A stretch of DNA of 64,000 nt from the IMG/VR virus record IMGVR_UViG_3300032334_001259, positions 62,001-126,000 of that record. One strand, 5' to 3'. The translations under genes and the position numbers were made by a program. Position 1 is the stretch's first letter. Each line of letters starts with the position of its first letter. Positions 27,501-35,034 of this stretch are shown here, piece by piece. The notes beneath the pieces were generated by a model, which worked only from the letters and a program-made list of their open reading frames with translations, ran no database searches and had not been told where the DNA came from.

Positions 27501-29455
27501 ACGCCAGTGTTAGTTCCAAGAACCAGACCATTGCTGTAAAAACTTGCAGTGGTGCCAATAGTGCTGCTACCAGTTGGCGTAGTTTGGAATGTAATGCGTG
27601 TGCCAACAGATGAATTACTTGTAAATGTTTCTGCGGCTTCTAAATTGACACGAACAATACTACCAGCAAATGCACCACCGCCTGTCCAACCTTGACCAGT
27701 TAAACGTAGTATAGTATCGCCAGCCTGTGTAGTAGATGGTGAATCAACTGAACCACGGGCAGCACGAGCAGCAAGTGCAGTATAAGAGTTTTGCCCACTT
27801 GCATAACCAAACGCATCAAAACTAATACGATTTACGGCATTATCTTGACCAGTAACCTGAACCATAGTGTTACTAAAATTACGTGGTTGAGCATAACCTG
27901 ATTCAGAACCATTGATATTAAACACTGCTTGTGTATTTGTAAGACTAATAGGTGCTAAAATAGTTGTTAAACCATTTCTATCAACTCTAAATGCTGGTTT
28001 TGCTTGTGAGTTTAGCACCTGCACTGGGCGGTTTAAGTTTAGATTACCAGTGGCAAATTGTGTGCCAATATTAAAATCTTCTGTTGGACTTGCAAGAGCA
28101 ATTGTATTGCCATATAGTGTAAATTTACCAACTGTTAAACCAGTGCCGCCACCAATATAAAGATTGCCATCCTTTGCGCCAATAGTTTGGTCAGTTCCAA
28201 GTGTTTCATCCAACACATAAATTGTACCAGCACCTACCCATACGTGACGCCAACGCTTTACAGGACTACCAAGATCATAAACATCATCTGTAAATGGTAA
28301 TATACTGCTACTTGTAACCGTGCTACCACCAGTGCCAGGAACAAAAGATACGTCAGTATTTGCTGCTGTGGTAATATTAAAGCCAGCATTTACAACATCA
28401 CGTGTTGTGAATATTGTTGTGCCGTTTGTTGGAATTGATAGGTTGTTTAGAGTTTGGTTTGTAATAACAACATTGGCATTAGCACCAGTTCCAATAGCCA
28501 AAACATTACTTAAATATGGAACACCAGTTCCAGTAATATGGTCACCAACTTGTAATGCTGGTGCTGGATTTGTAGTCATTTGATAAACTGACCAACCAGT
28601 GCCAGCACCACTTATACCATTAGTAATACCATAATCACCAATATTCAAGTTATCACTGCTGCTTGTGCTATAATCTAATACTTGGTTAAGTGTGAGATTT
28701 GCAATTGTAACTGTGATAGGTGCACTTCCTTGCACGATACTACCAACAGGGATTTTAATACCAGGAACACTTACTAAACCAGTGCCAAGTGGTAATAGCG
28801 TAATATCACGATTGCTGACTAAACCGCCAATAGTTTCATCACTAATATAAAGATTACCAAGATTAGCAACATTACCAACAGTTAGATTACTGAATACTAC
28901 ACTGCTATTAGTATAAAGGTTTTGGTTACTTAACTGTGCATTGGCATAAAGAAATCCAACATCATTGTTATAACCACTTAAATTACGTGGTAGTGTGCCA
29001 GCAGTAAGATATCCACTATCATTTACAAAATAACTTACATTTACAGGTATGCTTGCCGCAGTAATATAATTGGTATCATTAGTATAATAACTTAAATTAT
29101 GCGGTAATGTGCTTGTAGTAAGATAAGCGGCATCATTATAAAATGCGCTAACATTATGCGGAATACTTGCTGCTGTAATATATGCCGAATCATTGTTAAA
29201 GAAACTAATGTTTTGTGGCATAGTAGTTTGTGTAATATAACCAACATCATTAGTATATGCACTTAAAACTGTTGGATATGTAAAAGAACTGCCATTACCA
29301 CTGATGATAACACCACCAGGTGTATGACCATCGCCAACACGCAGTGTATTTGTAATTGGATCATACCAAATACGCCCAAGTTCACCAAGTCTGGTCATAC
29401 CATTGCTGTTGTTATTTCTACTGGTGAATAGTTCCTGAACGTGATTTATAGTCAC
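24512..29455 (-). CDS. Long fibre/adhesin protein with coiled-coil shaft
   Basis: 1647 aa, rich in N/T/G/S/A; Mtd-N-like start (GELGRIWYD..TNTLRVGDG.TPGG); tandem NDxGY repeats; Ala/Asn coiled-coil repeats. Confidence 0.85.
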   Translation of the reverse strand: MTINHVQELFTSRNNNSNGMTRLGELGRIWYDPITNTLRVGDGHTPGGVIISGNGSSFTYPTVLSAYTNDVGYITQTTMPQNISFFNNDSAYITAASIPHNVSAFYNDAAYLTTSTLPHNLSYYTNDTNYITAASIPVNVSYFVNDSGYLTAGTLPRNLSGYNNDVGFLYANAQLSNQNLYTNSSVVFSNLTVGNVANLGNLYISDETIGGLVSNRDITLLPLGTGLVSVPGIKIPVGSIVQGSAPITVTIANLTLNQVLDYSTSSSDNLNIGDYGITNGISGAGTGWSVYQMTTNPAPALQVGDHITGTGVPYLSNVLAIGTGANANVVITNQTLNNLSIPTNGTTIFTTRDVVNAGFNITTAANTDVSFVPGTGGSTVTSSSILPFTDDVYDLGSPVKRWRHVWVGAGTIYVLDETLGTDQTIGAKDGNLYIGGGTGLTVGKFTLYGNTIALASPTEDFNIGTQFATGNLNLNRPVQVLNSQAKPAFRVDRNGLTTILAPISLTNTQAVFNINGSESGYAQPRNFSNTMVQVTGQDNAVNRISFDAFGYASGQNSYTALAARAARGSVDSPSTTQAGDTILRLTGQGWTGGGAFAGSIVRVNLEAAETFTSNSSVGTRITFQTTPTGSSTIGTTASFYSNGLVLGTNTGVTFADNTRQTTAFNSTSAVTSLTAGAGIYVTGSTGAVTVDSTGILGVNGTANQINVTNVGNVVTLSLPQNIGTNSNVTFANLTVSNLTVLGNTYSIQPAVTVGTVLYLGNTANTLSAISGGGIVLGNVASGISKYIKYDQASDSWLVDGGTTGITTGNLNASNVSATFGYFTDAGHFGAAYIGYDYPNADLQIDSNINAYSQVVHTNHYKGGSASTDFVAENDIGTDGANYIDMGINSSVYNDPNYNIGGANDGYLYVNGGNLSLGTQTANTALVFHVGNTTIGARVGYVTNVAWYMSNVVATGLYANTKNLTEDTNQFFTTARARSSISAAGSINYNSSNGAVWYNQPTLISTFTNDSNYATVTQLQANVNAANSAISAANSYASTSWYANAAYQENEIALLNANVAAANAAIIAANSYNSSGWVSNAATQADLITALTANINAANSAIASTNANVTAANSAIINANNAVTSAWQANAAFQETEISGLRANINAANNNISGANAAIINANIAVTAAWTANAAYQDSQIVAVQAGLTAANAATATSLNNIIVNWNANAASQANDISGLRANITAANSAIVTANSAVTSAWQANTTTIITTWNANAAYQEDEITALRANVEAANAAIVAANSYNSTGWVSNAATQANLISALQANIAAANSAITSANSYAATNWLANAAYQENEISGLRANINAANSSLGIQINNVITAWNANASYQEGEISSINANLIAMNSAISSKSVYSNANVAAYMPVYGGNISAGNIAIVANSRVTLSAGTTSTAPLTFQTGVLQSNSNITNGDTEYDGQVLYFTPQDSQRGLLPATQTFIPNANVSITNRTSLQPMFGLGNGVVVSSSTRYIYRIMAVVYKSSSASSAAVTYAMGGSFNGQSNAVLQHHTYVVNPACGSSQQALNAAYQMSNYLTANFTNPVTITPTSGLSSQYYNLIIDGDIDVTTGGYINPLIGFTNTPGSSSILQSGAFMQIWPVGSITGNTSVGTWA
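25300..26410 (-). repeat. Coding tandem repeats: W-x-A/S-N-A-A-x-Q...AN-x-I units (coiled coil)
   Basis: About 9-10 imperfect units such as WYANAAYQENEIALLNANVAAANAAI and WVSNAATQADLITALTANINAANSAI. Confidence 0.8.
28946..29272 (-). repeat. Coding tandem 19-aa repeats (S-x-F/Y-x-N-D-x-G/A-Y-I/L-T)
   Basis: Six units from LSAYTNDVGYIT to LSGYNNDVGFL. Confidence 0.8.
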
Positions 29456-29469
29456 CGCCTAACTCCTTT

Positions 29470-29802
29470 TTATTCTAGGTCAGTGTCTTCACTTGCAACT
29501 TGCACTGCGATAGGATGAATTCCTGCATTACGCTTGATAATTGATAACTCGTCTTCAACATCCTCGTCACCAGGTTGATTAAAAATGCTTTCTTCGCCAG
29601 CAACTTTCTTTAAAAGTTCTAATTTTTGCTGCAATGGTGGCACCATTACACCGCCAGTTTCACTATTTGTATGTGTATCTTCTGGAAATGGGTCTTGTGG
29701 TGCTACTACTGGTGTAAGTTCTGCGTGTGGTTGTTGCGCTGTTGGTTGGTTTATCTGTGATAAAACGTCTATCAACTTGCGAATTAGTTCTGCGGCTTCC
29801 AT
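29470..29802 (-). CDS. Hypothetical late protein
   Basis: 110 aa, co-oriented with the fibre gene. Confidence 0.65.
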   Translation of the reverse strand: MEAAELIRKLIDVLSQINQPTAQQPHAELTPVVAPQDPFPEDTHTNSETGGVMVPPLQQKLELLKKVAGEESIFNQPGDEDVEDELSIIKRNAGIHPIAVQVASEDTDLE

Positions 29803-29811
29803 TATAATTCC

Positions 29812-30108
29812 TTACGTACTTTGTACTTGTGGGATTGCACTACTTGCTACATAACCTACTGTTACAACGGTTACTTCTGCGGTGCCAGTTGCAGTAATGA
29901 ACGCAAGTTTATTATTAAGACCTTCCATATTAATAAATCTTGTAGTTCCAGCAGGAATTACATCGCAGTTACCAGCATATGCTACTGGATTTGCACCTAC
30001 TTGATAGTGAACGTGGGCATTTGCAGTAACTTTTGCTCTTGTGCTTGATATAGCAGGTGTTTGACCACTTGTGCTATTATTTGCTGTAATAATGGTTGCT
30101 GATGGCAT
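29812..30108 (-). CDS. Small beta-rich virion protein
   Basis: 98 aa; perfect late promoter TATAAATA at 30128-30135 (minus strand). Confidence 0.65.
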   Translation of the reverse strand: MPSATIITANNSTSGQTPAISSTRAKVTANAHVHYQVGANPVAYAGNCDVIPAGTTRFINMEGLNNKLAFITATGTAEVTVVTVGYVASSAIPQVQST

Positions 30109-30178
30109 CTTCTAAATCCTCTGCAGTTATTTATATGAAAGTTCTTGACTTTATTGGATTAAAAGTATAAAGTAAATT

Positions 30179-31408
30179 ATGGCTGATGTAAAGATACTGC
30201 ACGGTGACTGCCGTGAACAACTCAAAACTCTACCCGACAATAGCATTGATAGCATTGTGACTGATCCACCTTATGGTTTAAGTGTTGAACCAGATATGAC
30301 AGAAGTTCTTCGTCACTGGTTAAATGGTGATGACTATGAACATACTGGCAAGGGTTTTATGGGTAAAAGTTGGGACAGTTTTGTTCCAGGACCAAGTGTA
30401 TGGCGTGAATGTTTGCGTGTTCTTAAACCAGGCGGTCATATGTTATCATTCTTTGGTTCAAGAACTTATGATTTAGGTGTCACAGCAATTAGATTGGCTG
30501 GTTTTGAAATACGTGACCAGATTATGTGGGTTTATGGAACAGGATTTCCAAAGAATCATGATATAAGCAAGGCAATTGACAATGCTGCTGGTGCTGAAAG
30601 AACTGTTGGTGGTAGAGTATGGAGCGGCGGCGCACGTAGTGGTGGTATTATTAAAGATGATGCCAGTGAAACTACCTCAGAACGAATCATTTATGATGAA
30701 CCAGCAACCCCAGAAGCAAAAAAGTGGCAAGGTTGGGGGACAGCACTTAAACCATCACATGAACCAATTTGTGTTGCACGTAAGCCAATAAGTGAAAAAA
30801 CTATTGCAGATAATGTATTGCAATGGGGTGTCGGTGCATTGAATATTGATGCATCACGAGTTGGAGAAGGTGCAAAAAAGTGGGTTACACCACGAGGTGG
30901 TATTTGGACAACAGATAGTGAAGCAAAAGCGGAACTTGTTGATAATCCATTAGGTCGTTGGCCAGCAAACTTTATCCATGATGGTAGCATAGAAACAGAA
31001 TGGGAAAAGTTTTTTTATTGTGCGAAGGCAAATAATACAGACCGCAATGATGGTTTAGATGATTTTGAAGGTGGCAAGACCAATGATGGTCGTAAAAAGG
31101 ATGCGGATAATGCATATCAACGTGGTGCATCAATACGTAAAAACACACATCCTACTGTAAAACCTACTGATTTAATGCGTTATTTGTGCAAAATGATCAC
31201 TCCAACTGGTGGAACAGTCCTAGACCCATTTACTGGCAGTGGTTCTACTGGTCGTGGTGCTGTGTTAGAAGGTTTTAATTTTATTGGTATTGAAATGAGT
31301 GAAGAATATGTTGAAATTGCTAAAGCACGAATTGCTGTGGTAGAAAAAAAGGTAGCACAAGTTGAAGATAAAATTACTACATACAATAATCTATTTGAGG
31401 AAGAATAA
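30179..31408 (+). CDS. DNA amino-methyltransferase (N6-A/N4-C, beta class)
   Basis: TDPPY catalytic motif; HPTVKP..LMRYL; VLDPFTGSGSTG SAM-binding motif near the C-terminus. Confidence 0.92.
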   Translation: MADVKILHGDCREQLKTLPDNSIDSIVTDPPYGLSVEPDMTEVLRHWLNGDDYEHTGKGFMGKSWDSFVPGPSVWRECLRVLKPGGHMLSFFGSRTYDLGVTAIRLAGFEIRDQIMWVYGTGFPKNHDISKAIDNAAGAERTVGGRVWSGGARSGGIIKDDASETTSERIIYDEPATPEAKKWQGWGTALKPSHEPICVARKPISEKTIADNVLQWGVGALNIDASRVGEGAKKWVTPRGGIWTTDSEAKAELVDNPLGRWPANFIHDGSIETEWEKFFYCAKANNTDRNDGLDDFEGGKTNDGRKKDADNAYQRGASIRKNTHPTVKPTDLMRYLCKMITPTGGTVLDPFTGSGSTGRGAVLEGFNFIGIEMSEEYVEIAKARIAVVEKKVAQVEDKITTYNNLFEEE

Positions 31409-32493
31409 TGGGCGTCCAAATATTACAAGGTGATTGCCGTGATGTTTTGAAAACATTGGCAGATGAAAGTGTAAACATGTGTGTAACATCACCACCTTAT
31501 TATGGATTGCGTGATTACAAAACTGCTACATGGAGTGGTGGTGATTCTAATTGTGATCATGTTGAAAAGATTGCCGCACATGGCGGTGAACGTGCTGACC
31601 GTGACCAAGGTGGTAATGTATTCAAGTTTCGTGGAACTTGTGAAAAGTGTGGCGCAACCTCAAGTGATAACCAGATTGGTCTTGAACAAACACCAGAAGA
31701 ATATATTCAACAATTAGTAGAAGTATTCCGTGAAGTTCGTCGTGTTCTTAAAGATGATGGCACACTTTGGGTAAACATTGGTGATAGTTATTACAATTAT
31801 CGCAGTGGAACTGCATTTGTTAAGCAAAGTGTAGCAAAAACTGACCAAGATTTGCCAAGTTTCAGCCCAAGTCGTAATAATAAATTAGATGGTCTTAAAA
31901 GCAAAGACCTTATTGGTATTCCATGGATGTTAGCATTTGCTCTACGTGCCGATGGTTGGTATTTGCGTCAAGACATTATTTGGCACAAACCAAACCCAAT
32001 GCCAGAAAGTGTGAAAGACCGTTGCACAAAGGCACATGAATATATCTTTTTGTTAAGCAAAAGCAAGAATTATTACTTTGACCATGAAGCAATTAAAGAA
32101 GAAGGTGTAATACCTGCTGGTACAAAAGCGGCAAAAGGCAGTGCGGAACGTCAAGCAGAGTTTGGTGTAAATGGTCGTCCACCAGAATATAAAATCTATG
32201 ATGGTATGCGACAAAAGCGTAGTGTTTGGACTGTCACAACAAAACCTTATAAAGGTGCACATTTTGCCACATTTCCAACAGATTTGATTGAACCTTGTAT
32301 TTTAGCAGGTTGCCCAAAAGATGGTATGGTATTAGACCCATTTGGCGGCAGTGGCACAACTGGATTGGTAAGCAATCGTCTTGGACGTAATGCTACTTTA
32401 ATTGAACTTAATCCAGAATATATTGATTTGGCAGAAGATCGCATTGATCCACCTGAACAACGTTTAGACAGTAATCTGTTTACATTTGAATGA
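31408..32493 (+). CDS. DNA methyltransferase, likely N4-cytosine (beta class)
   Basis: TSPPY motif; WYLRQDIIWHKPNPMPESV.DR; HFATFP; LDPFGGSGTT. Confidence 0.92.
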   Translation: MGVQILQGDCRDVLKTLADESVNMCVTSPPYYGLRDYKTATWSGGDSNCDHVEKIAAHGGERADRDQGGNVFKFRGTCEKCGATSSDNQIGLEQTPEEYIQQLVEVFREVRRVLKDDGTLWVNIGDSYYNYRSGTAFVKQSVAKTDQDLPSFSPSRNNKLDGLKSKDLIGIPWMLAFALRADGWYLRQDIIWHKPNPMPESVKDRCTKAHEYIFLLSKSKNYYFDHEAIKEEGVIPAGTKAAKGSAERQAEFGVNGRPPEYKIYDGMRQKRSVWTVTTKPYKGAHFATFPTDLIEPCILAGCPKDGMVLDPFGGSGTTGLVSNRLGRNATLIELNPEYIDLAEDRIDPPEQRLDSNLFTFE

Positions 32494-32855
32494 CACTTTC
32501 ACATACCATTCCCATTATTGTTACAAAGCAACAAGTATTAGATTTTGCTAATTTAACTGGCGATGACAGCGCAATTCATGTTGAAGGTGGTATTGTGCAA
32601 GGTGGATTGATTTTAAGCATGTTACCACAATGGTCTAAAATAGCGATAGAATTAGGTAACTTTTCACTAATATTTAACGATAGCATGACTGTTAAAATGG
32701 ATTGCAAATTTAGTAATCCACTTATTGCAGATACACCAGTAAACATAACGTTTAACTATACACCATTAAAATTTCGTATTTCTAAAATAAGTTGGGAAAT
32801 AAGTGGTGATATGGAATATTGCAGTGGTGATTGGATTATTTGTAGTTTGTCATAA
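32490..32855 (+). CDS. MaoC-like dehydratase (hot-dog fold)
   Basis: FA.LTGD.S.IH...IVQG motif. Confidence 0.7.
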   Translation: MTLSHTIPIIVTKQQVLDFANLTGDDSAIHVEGGIVQGGLILSMLPQWSKIAIELGNFSLIFNDSMTVKMDCKFSNPLIADTPVNITFNYTPLKFRISKISWEISGDMEYCSGDWIICSLS

Positions 32856-32864
32856 TACTGTCAT
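32847..32864 (+). promoter_or_regulatory. Pho box (PhoB-binding site)
   Basis: TTGTCAT-AATA-CTGTCAT, two direct repeats with 11-bp periodicity, about 45 nt upstream of the pstS start. Confidence 0.85.
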
Positions 32865-32907
32865 ATTAGTGTGATAAATTAGGTCAGCATACTAAAAGGA
32901 GAGAAAT

Positions 32908-33831
32908 ATGCTTACTAGGTTTATTGCTGTTGCAGCCGCAACACTTATTAGTACTGCTGCTTTTGCAGTAGAAGTTACAGGTGCAGGTGCTACTTTCCCA
33001 CAACCAATTTATATGAAGTGGGCAGAAGGTTATAAGAAGGCCACTGGTAATGTCATTAATTATCAAGGTATTGGTAGTGGTGCAGGTATCAAGCAAATTG
33101 AAGCAAAGACAGTAAATTTTGGTGCTACAGATATTCCAGTAAAGCCAGAAGACCTTGAAAAGAAAGGTCAAGTTCAATTCCCAATGATCGTTGGTGGTAT
33201 TGTTCCAATTATTAATCTTAAGGATGTTGACCATCTAACATTAACAACAGACATTCTTGCAAAAATTTATAGTGAAAAGATTCGTCGTTGGAATGACAAG
33301 GAAATTGCAGACCTTAATTCAGGTGTAAAACTTCCAGACCTTCCAATTATCAAGATTCGTCGTGCTGATGGTAGTGGCACAACTTGGAATTTTACAAAGT
33401 TTCTTACAGAAGCCAATGAAGATTGGAAGAAGAAGTATGGAACTGGTCAAACTGTTGAATGGGTTGGCGGTGCAATCGGAGCAAAGGGTAATGACGGTGT
33501 TGCAAACAACGTTTACCAGACAAATGGTTCCATTGGTTATGTAGAATATGCTTTTGCCAAGCAAAATGATCTTACTGTTGCTGATATGATTGGCAAGGAT
33601 GGTAAGAAGGTTTCACCTGGTCTTAAGGCTTTCCAAACAACTTGGCCAATGGTTGCTACAAGTTACATTGTTCTAAACAAAGAAAATGATAACAAAGAAG
33701 CAGTTCAAGCGGCAATTAAGTTCTTTGAATATGGTTATGCAAATGACAAGGACGCAGAAGCACTTGACTATATTCCATTGACTGCAGCACAAAAGGCAGA
33801 AAGCAAAAAGGCTTGGTCAGTAGTCAAGTAA
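32908..33831 (+). CDS. pstS: Phosphate ABC transporter substrate-binding protein
   Basis: Signal peptide; GAGATFP, NYQGIGSGAG, FGATD, RRADGSGTT, GSIGYVE. Confidence 0.95.
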   Translation: MLTRFIAVAAATLISTAAFAVEVTGAGATFPQPIYMKWAEGYKKATGNVINYQGIGSGAGIKQIEAKTVNFGATDIPVKPEDLEKKGQVQFPMIVGGIVPIINLKDVDHLTLTTDILAKIYSEKIRRWNDKEIADLNSGVKLPDLPIIKIRRADGSGTTWNFTKFLTEANEDWKKKYGTGQTVEWVGGAIGAKGNDGVANNVYQTNGSIGYVEYAFAKQNDLTVADMIGKDGKKVSPGLKAFQTTWPMVATSYIVLNKENDNKEAVQAAIKFFEYGYANDKDAEALDYIPLTAAQKAESKKAWSVVK

Positions 33832-33854
33832 TTTACATAAAATTACTGTAAAAT

Positions 33855-33893
33855 ATGCCCTACAGAATTATTTTTTGTAGGGCATTATTTTTT
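33855..33893 (+). terminator. Intrinsic terminator after pstS
   Basis: atgccctaca/tgtagggcat stem followed by a T tract. Confidence 0.7.
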
Positions 33894-33895
33894 TC

Positions 33896-33925
33896 TTGAC
33901 ATTATATAATTATCGTGTATAAATA
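33896..33925 (+). promoter_or_regulatory. Composite promoter: TTGACA -35 plus T4 late TATAAATA
   Basis: TTGACA at 33896-33901; TATAAATA at 33918-33925. Confidence 0.65.
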
Positions 33926-33946
33926 GACCTACAACAGAGAGTGATT

Positions 33947-34027
33947 ATGACTAACACGCCTAAACATAACGATTATATCATTTGCCGCATGCCAGAAGGT
34001 TTCTGGATTACGGGGGCGTGTGCCTAA
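33947..34027 (+). CDS. Putative 26-aa leader peptide
   Basis: AGAGAG RBS; MTNTPKHNDYIICRMPEGFWITGACA; its 3' end overlaps the antiterminator strand. Confidence 0.6.
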   Translation: MTNTPKHNDYIICRMPEGFWITGACA

Positions 34028-34055
34028 TGTGAACGCACATTAGTGTATGCACTTA

Positions 34056-34087
34056 GCCCCCGAAGCGAAAGTTTCGGGGGTTTTTTT
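34056..34087 (+). terminator. Strong intrinsic terminator (attenuator) with a competing antiterminator
   Basis: gcccccgaagc-GAAA-gtttcgggggt plus T7; the 5' arm gcccccg is exactly complementary to cgggggc at 34011-34017. Confidence 0.85.
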
Positions 34088-34265
34088 ATTTTCAGGACGG
34101 TATCCCCTTTGCATAAGGATACCCACCGACCAGTACTTGGGCCAAATGGCTGAATAGGTGGTTTCGGCGGTGAAAAATGGGGTGGGAGTGTCAATATTTT
34201 GACATTTTTACCAAAAAATTGCCTAAAATTTGTGCAAACTTTTTTTGATTTTCGTGCATTTTTTT

Positions 34266-34294
34266 CTTGACTTATTATACGGTTGTGCTATTAT
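34266..34294 (+). promoter_or_regulatory. Sigma70-type promoter for the HTH gene
   Basis: CTTGACT...TGC-TATTAT. Confidence 0.6.
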
Positions 34295-34344
34295 GCATAT
34301 GTTGATGACGACATGGTGTCGTCCTTTTTATGGAGAAAGTAACT

Positions 34345-34611
34345 ATGACTATCGTATCAAATACAGACCGTGTTCTTGAAGCCCTTAAGTCTGGTGAGTT
34401 GCTCACCGCAAAGCAGATTTCTGCCCGTTTTGGCGTTGCCAATCCACATGCAGCTATTTCTGCAATCCGTCTCAAGGGTTATGCAGTTTATCTCAATGAG
34501 TATAAGACTGCAAAGGGTGAAGTAACCAAGAAGTATCGTCTTGGCACTCCTTCACGTGAGATCGTCGCAGCTGGTATGCGGGCTCTCATGGATGCAGGCG
34601 TTCGCATCTAA
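34345..34611 (+). CDS. Winged helix-turn-helix DNA-binding protein
   Basis: RVLEALKSGELLTAKQISARFGVANPHAAISAIRLKGY; start at 34345 behind a GGAGA RBS. Confidence 0.75.
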   Translation: MTIVSNTDRVLEALKSGELLTAKQISARFGVANPHAAISAIRLKGYAVYLNEYKTAKGEVTKKYRLGTPSREIVAAGMRALMDAGVRI

Positions 34612-34641
34612 TTATATTATTATATAATTTCAAGATTAAAG

Positions 34642-34666
34642 AGGGGCGGCTTCCGCCCCTTTTTCT
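34642..34666 (+). terminator. Intrinsic terminator after the HTH gene
   Basis: aggggcgg-ctt-ccgcccct plus T tract. Confidence 0.75.
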
Positions 34667-34674
34667 GTTTTTCT

Positions 34675-34748
34675 ATCAGTGTGGTGTAATGGTAACACAG
34701 CGGTCTCCAAAACCGTTATTCAGGGTTCGAGTCCTTGCACTGATGCCA
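34675..34748 (+). tRNA. trnW: tRNA-Trp(CCA)
   Basis: Acceptor atcagtg/cactgat; anticodon loop ct-cca-aa; TTCGA T loop; encoded CCA. Confidence 0.92.
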
Positions 34749-34803
34749 AAAATAACATTATTATGACATTGACACGCAATTTAAAAGGATATATAGTTAT
34801 AGG

Positions 34804-35034
34804 ATGGCATCAAGCAAACCGCCCATCATTCCAGATAATACTTGCCCATATATTGATATGGCACAAGACCTTATTAGCCAAATGTCTGCCCAAGAAGATG
34901 CAGAGTGGCGTAAAAAACAAGCAGATTTAGCAGAAAGTTTATTGGAATATATTCGTGCAGCAAATTTAGAGTTGCGTGAAGGCGGAAAGTATTGGTATAA
35001 TCGTGCAAAGAAGGTAGGAAAGGGAACTGTATGA
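34804..35034 (+). CDS. Hypothetical protein
   Basis: 76 aa; PIIPDNTCPYID motif. Confidence 0.6.
   Translation: MASSKPPIIPDNTCPYIDMAQDLISQMSAQEDAEWRKKQADLAESLLEYIRAANLELREGGKYWYNRAKKVGKGTV

Noticed and set aside
24512-29455. Diversity-generating retroelement (Mtd-like N-terminus)
   Set aside because: No reverse transcriptase and no TR/VR pair with adenine-specific mismatches in the window
30179-32493. Complete restriction-modification system
   Set aside because: No endonuclease adjacent; the only REase-like gene is 4.6 kb away within the tRNA array and has no demonstrated link
33940-34190. T-box riboswitch or known metabolite riboswitch
   Set aside because: No T-box (AGGGUGGnACCGCG-like) sequence or specifier stem seen; the architecture fits a translated uORF attenuator instead
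34679-34930. 83-aa ORF, and likewise 41277-41462 and 42163-42399 on the minus strand
   Set aside because: They overlap well-formed tRNA genes (Trp; Arg/Asn; Leu/Thr/Ser) and are shadow ORFs
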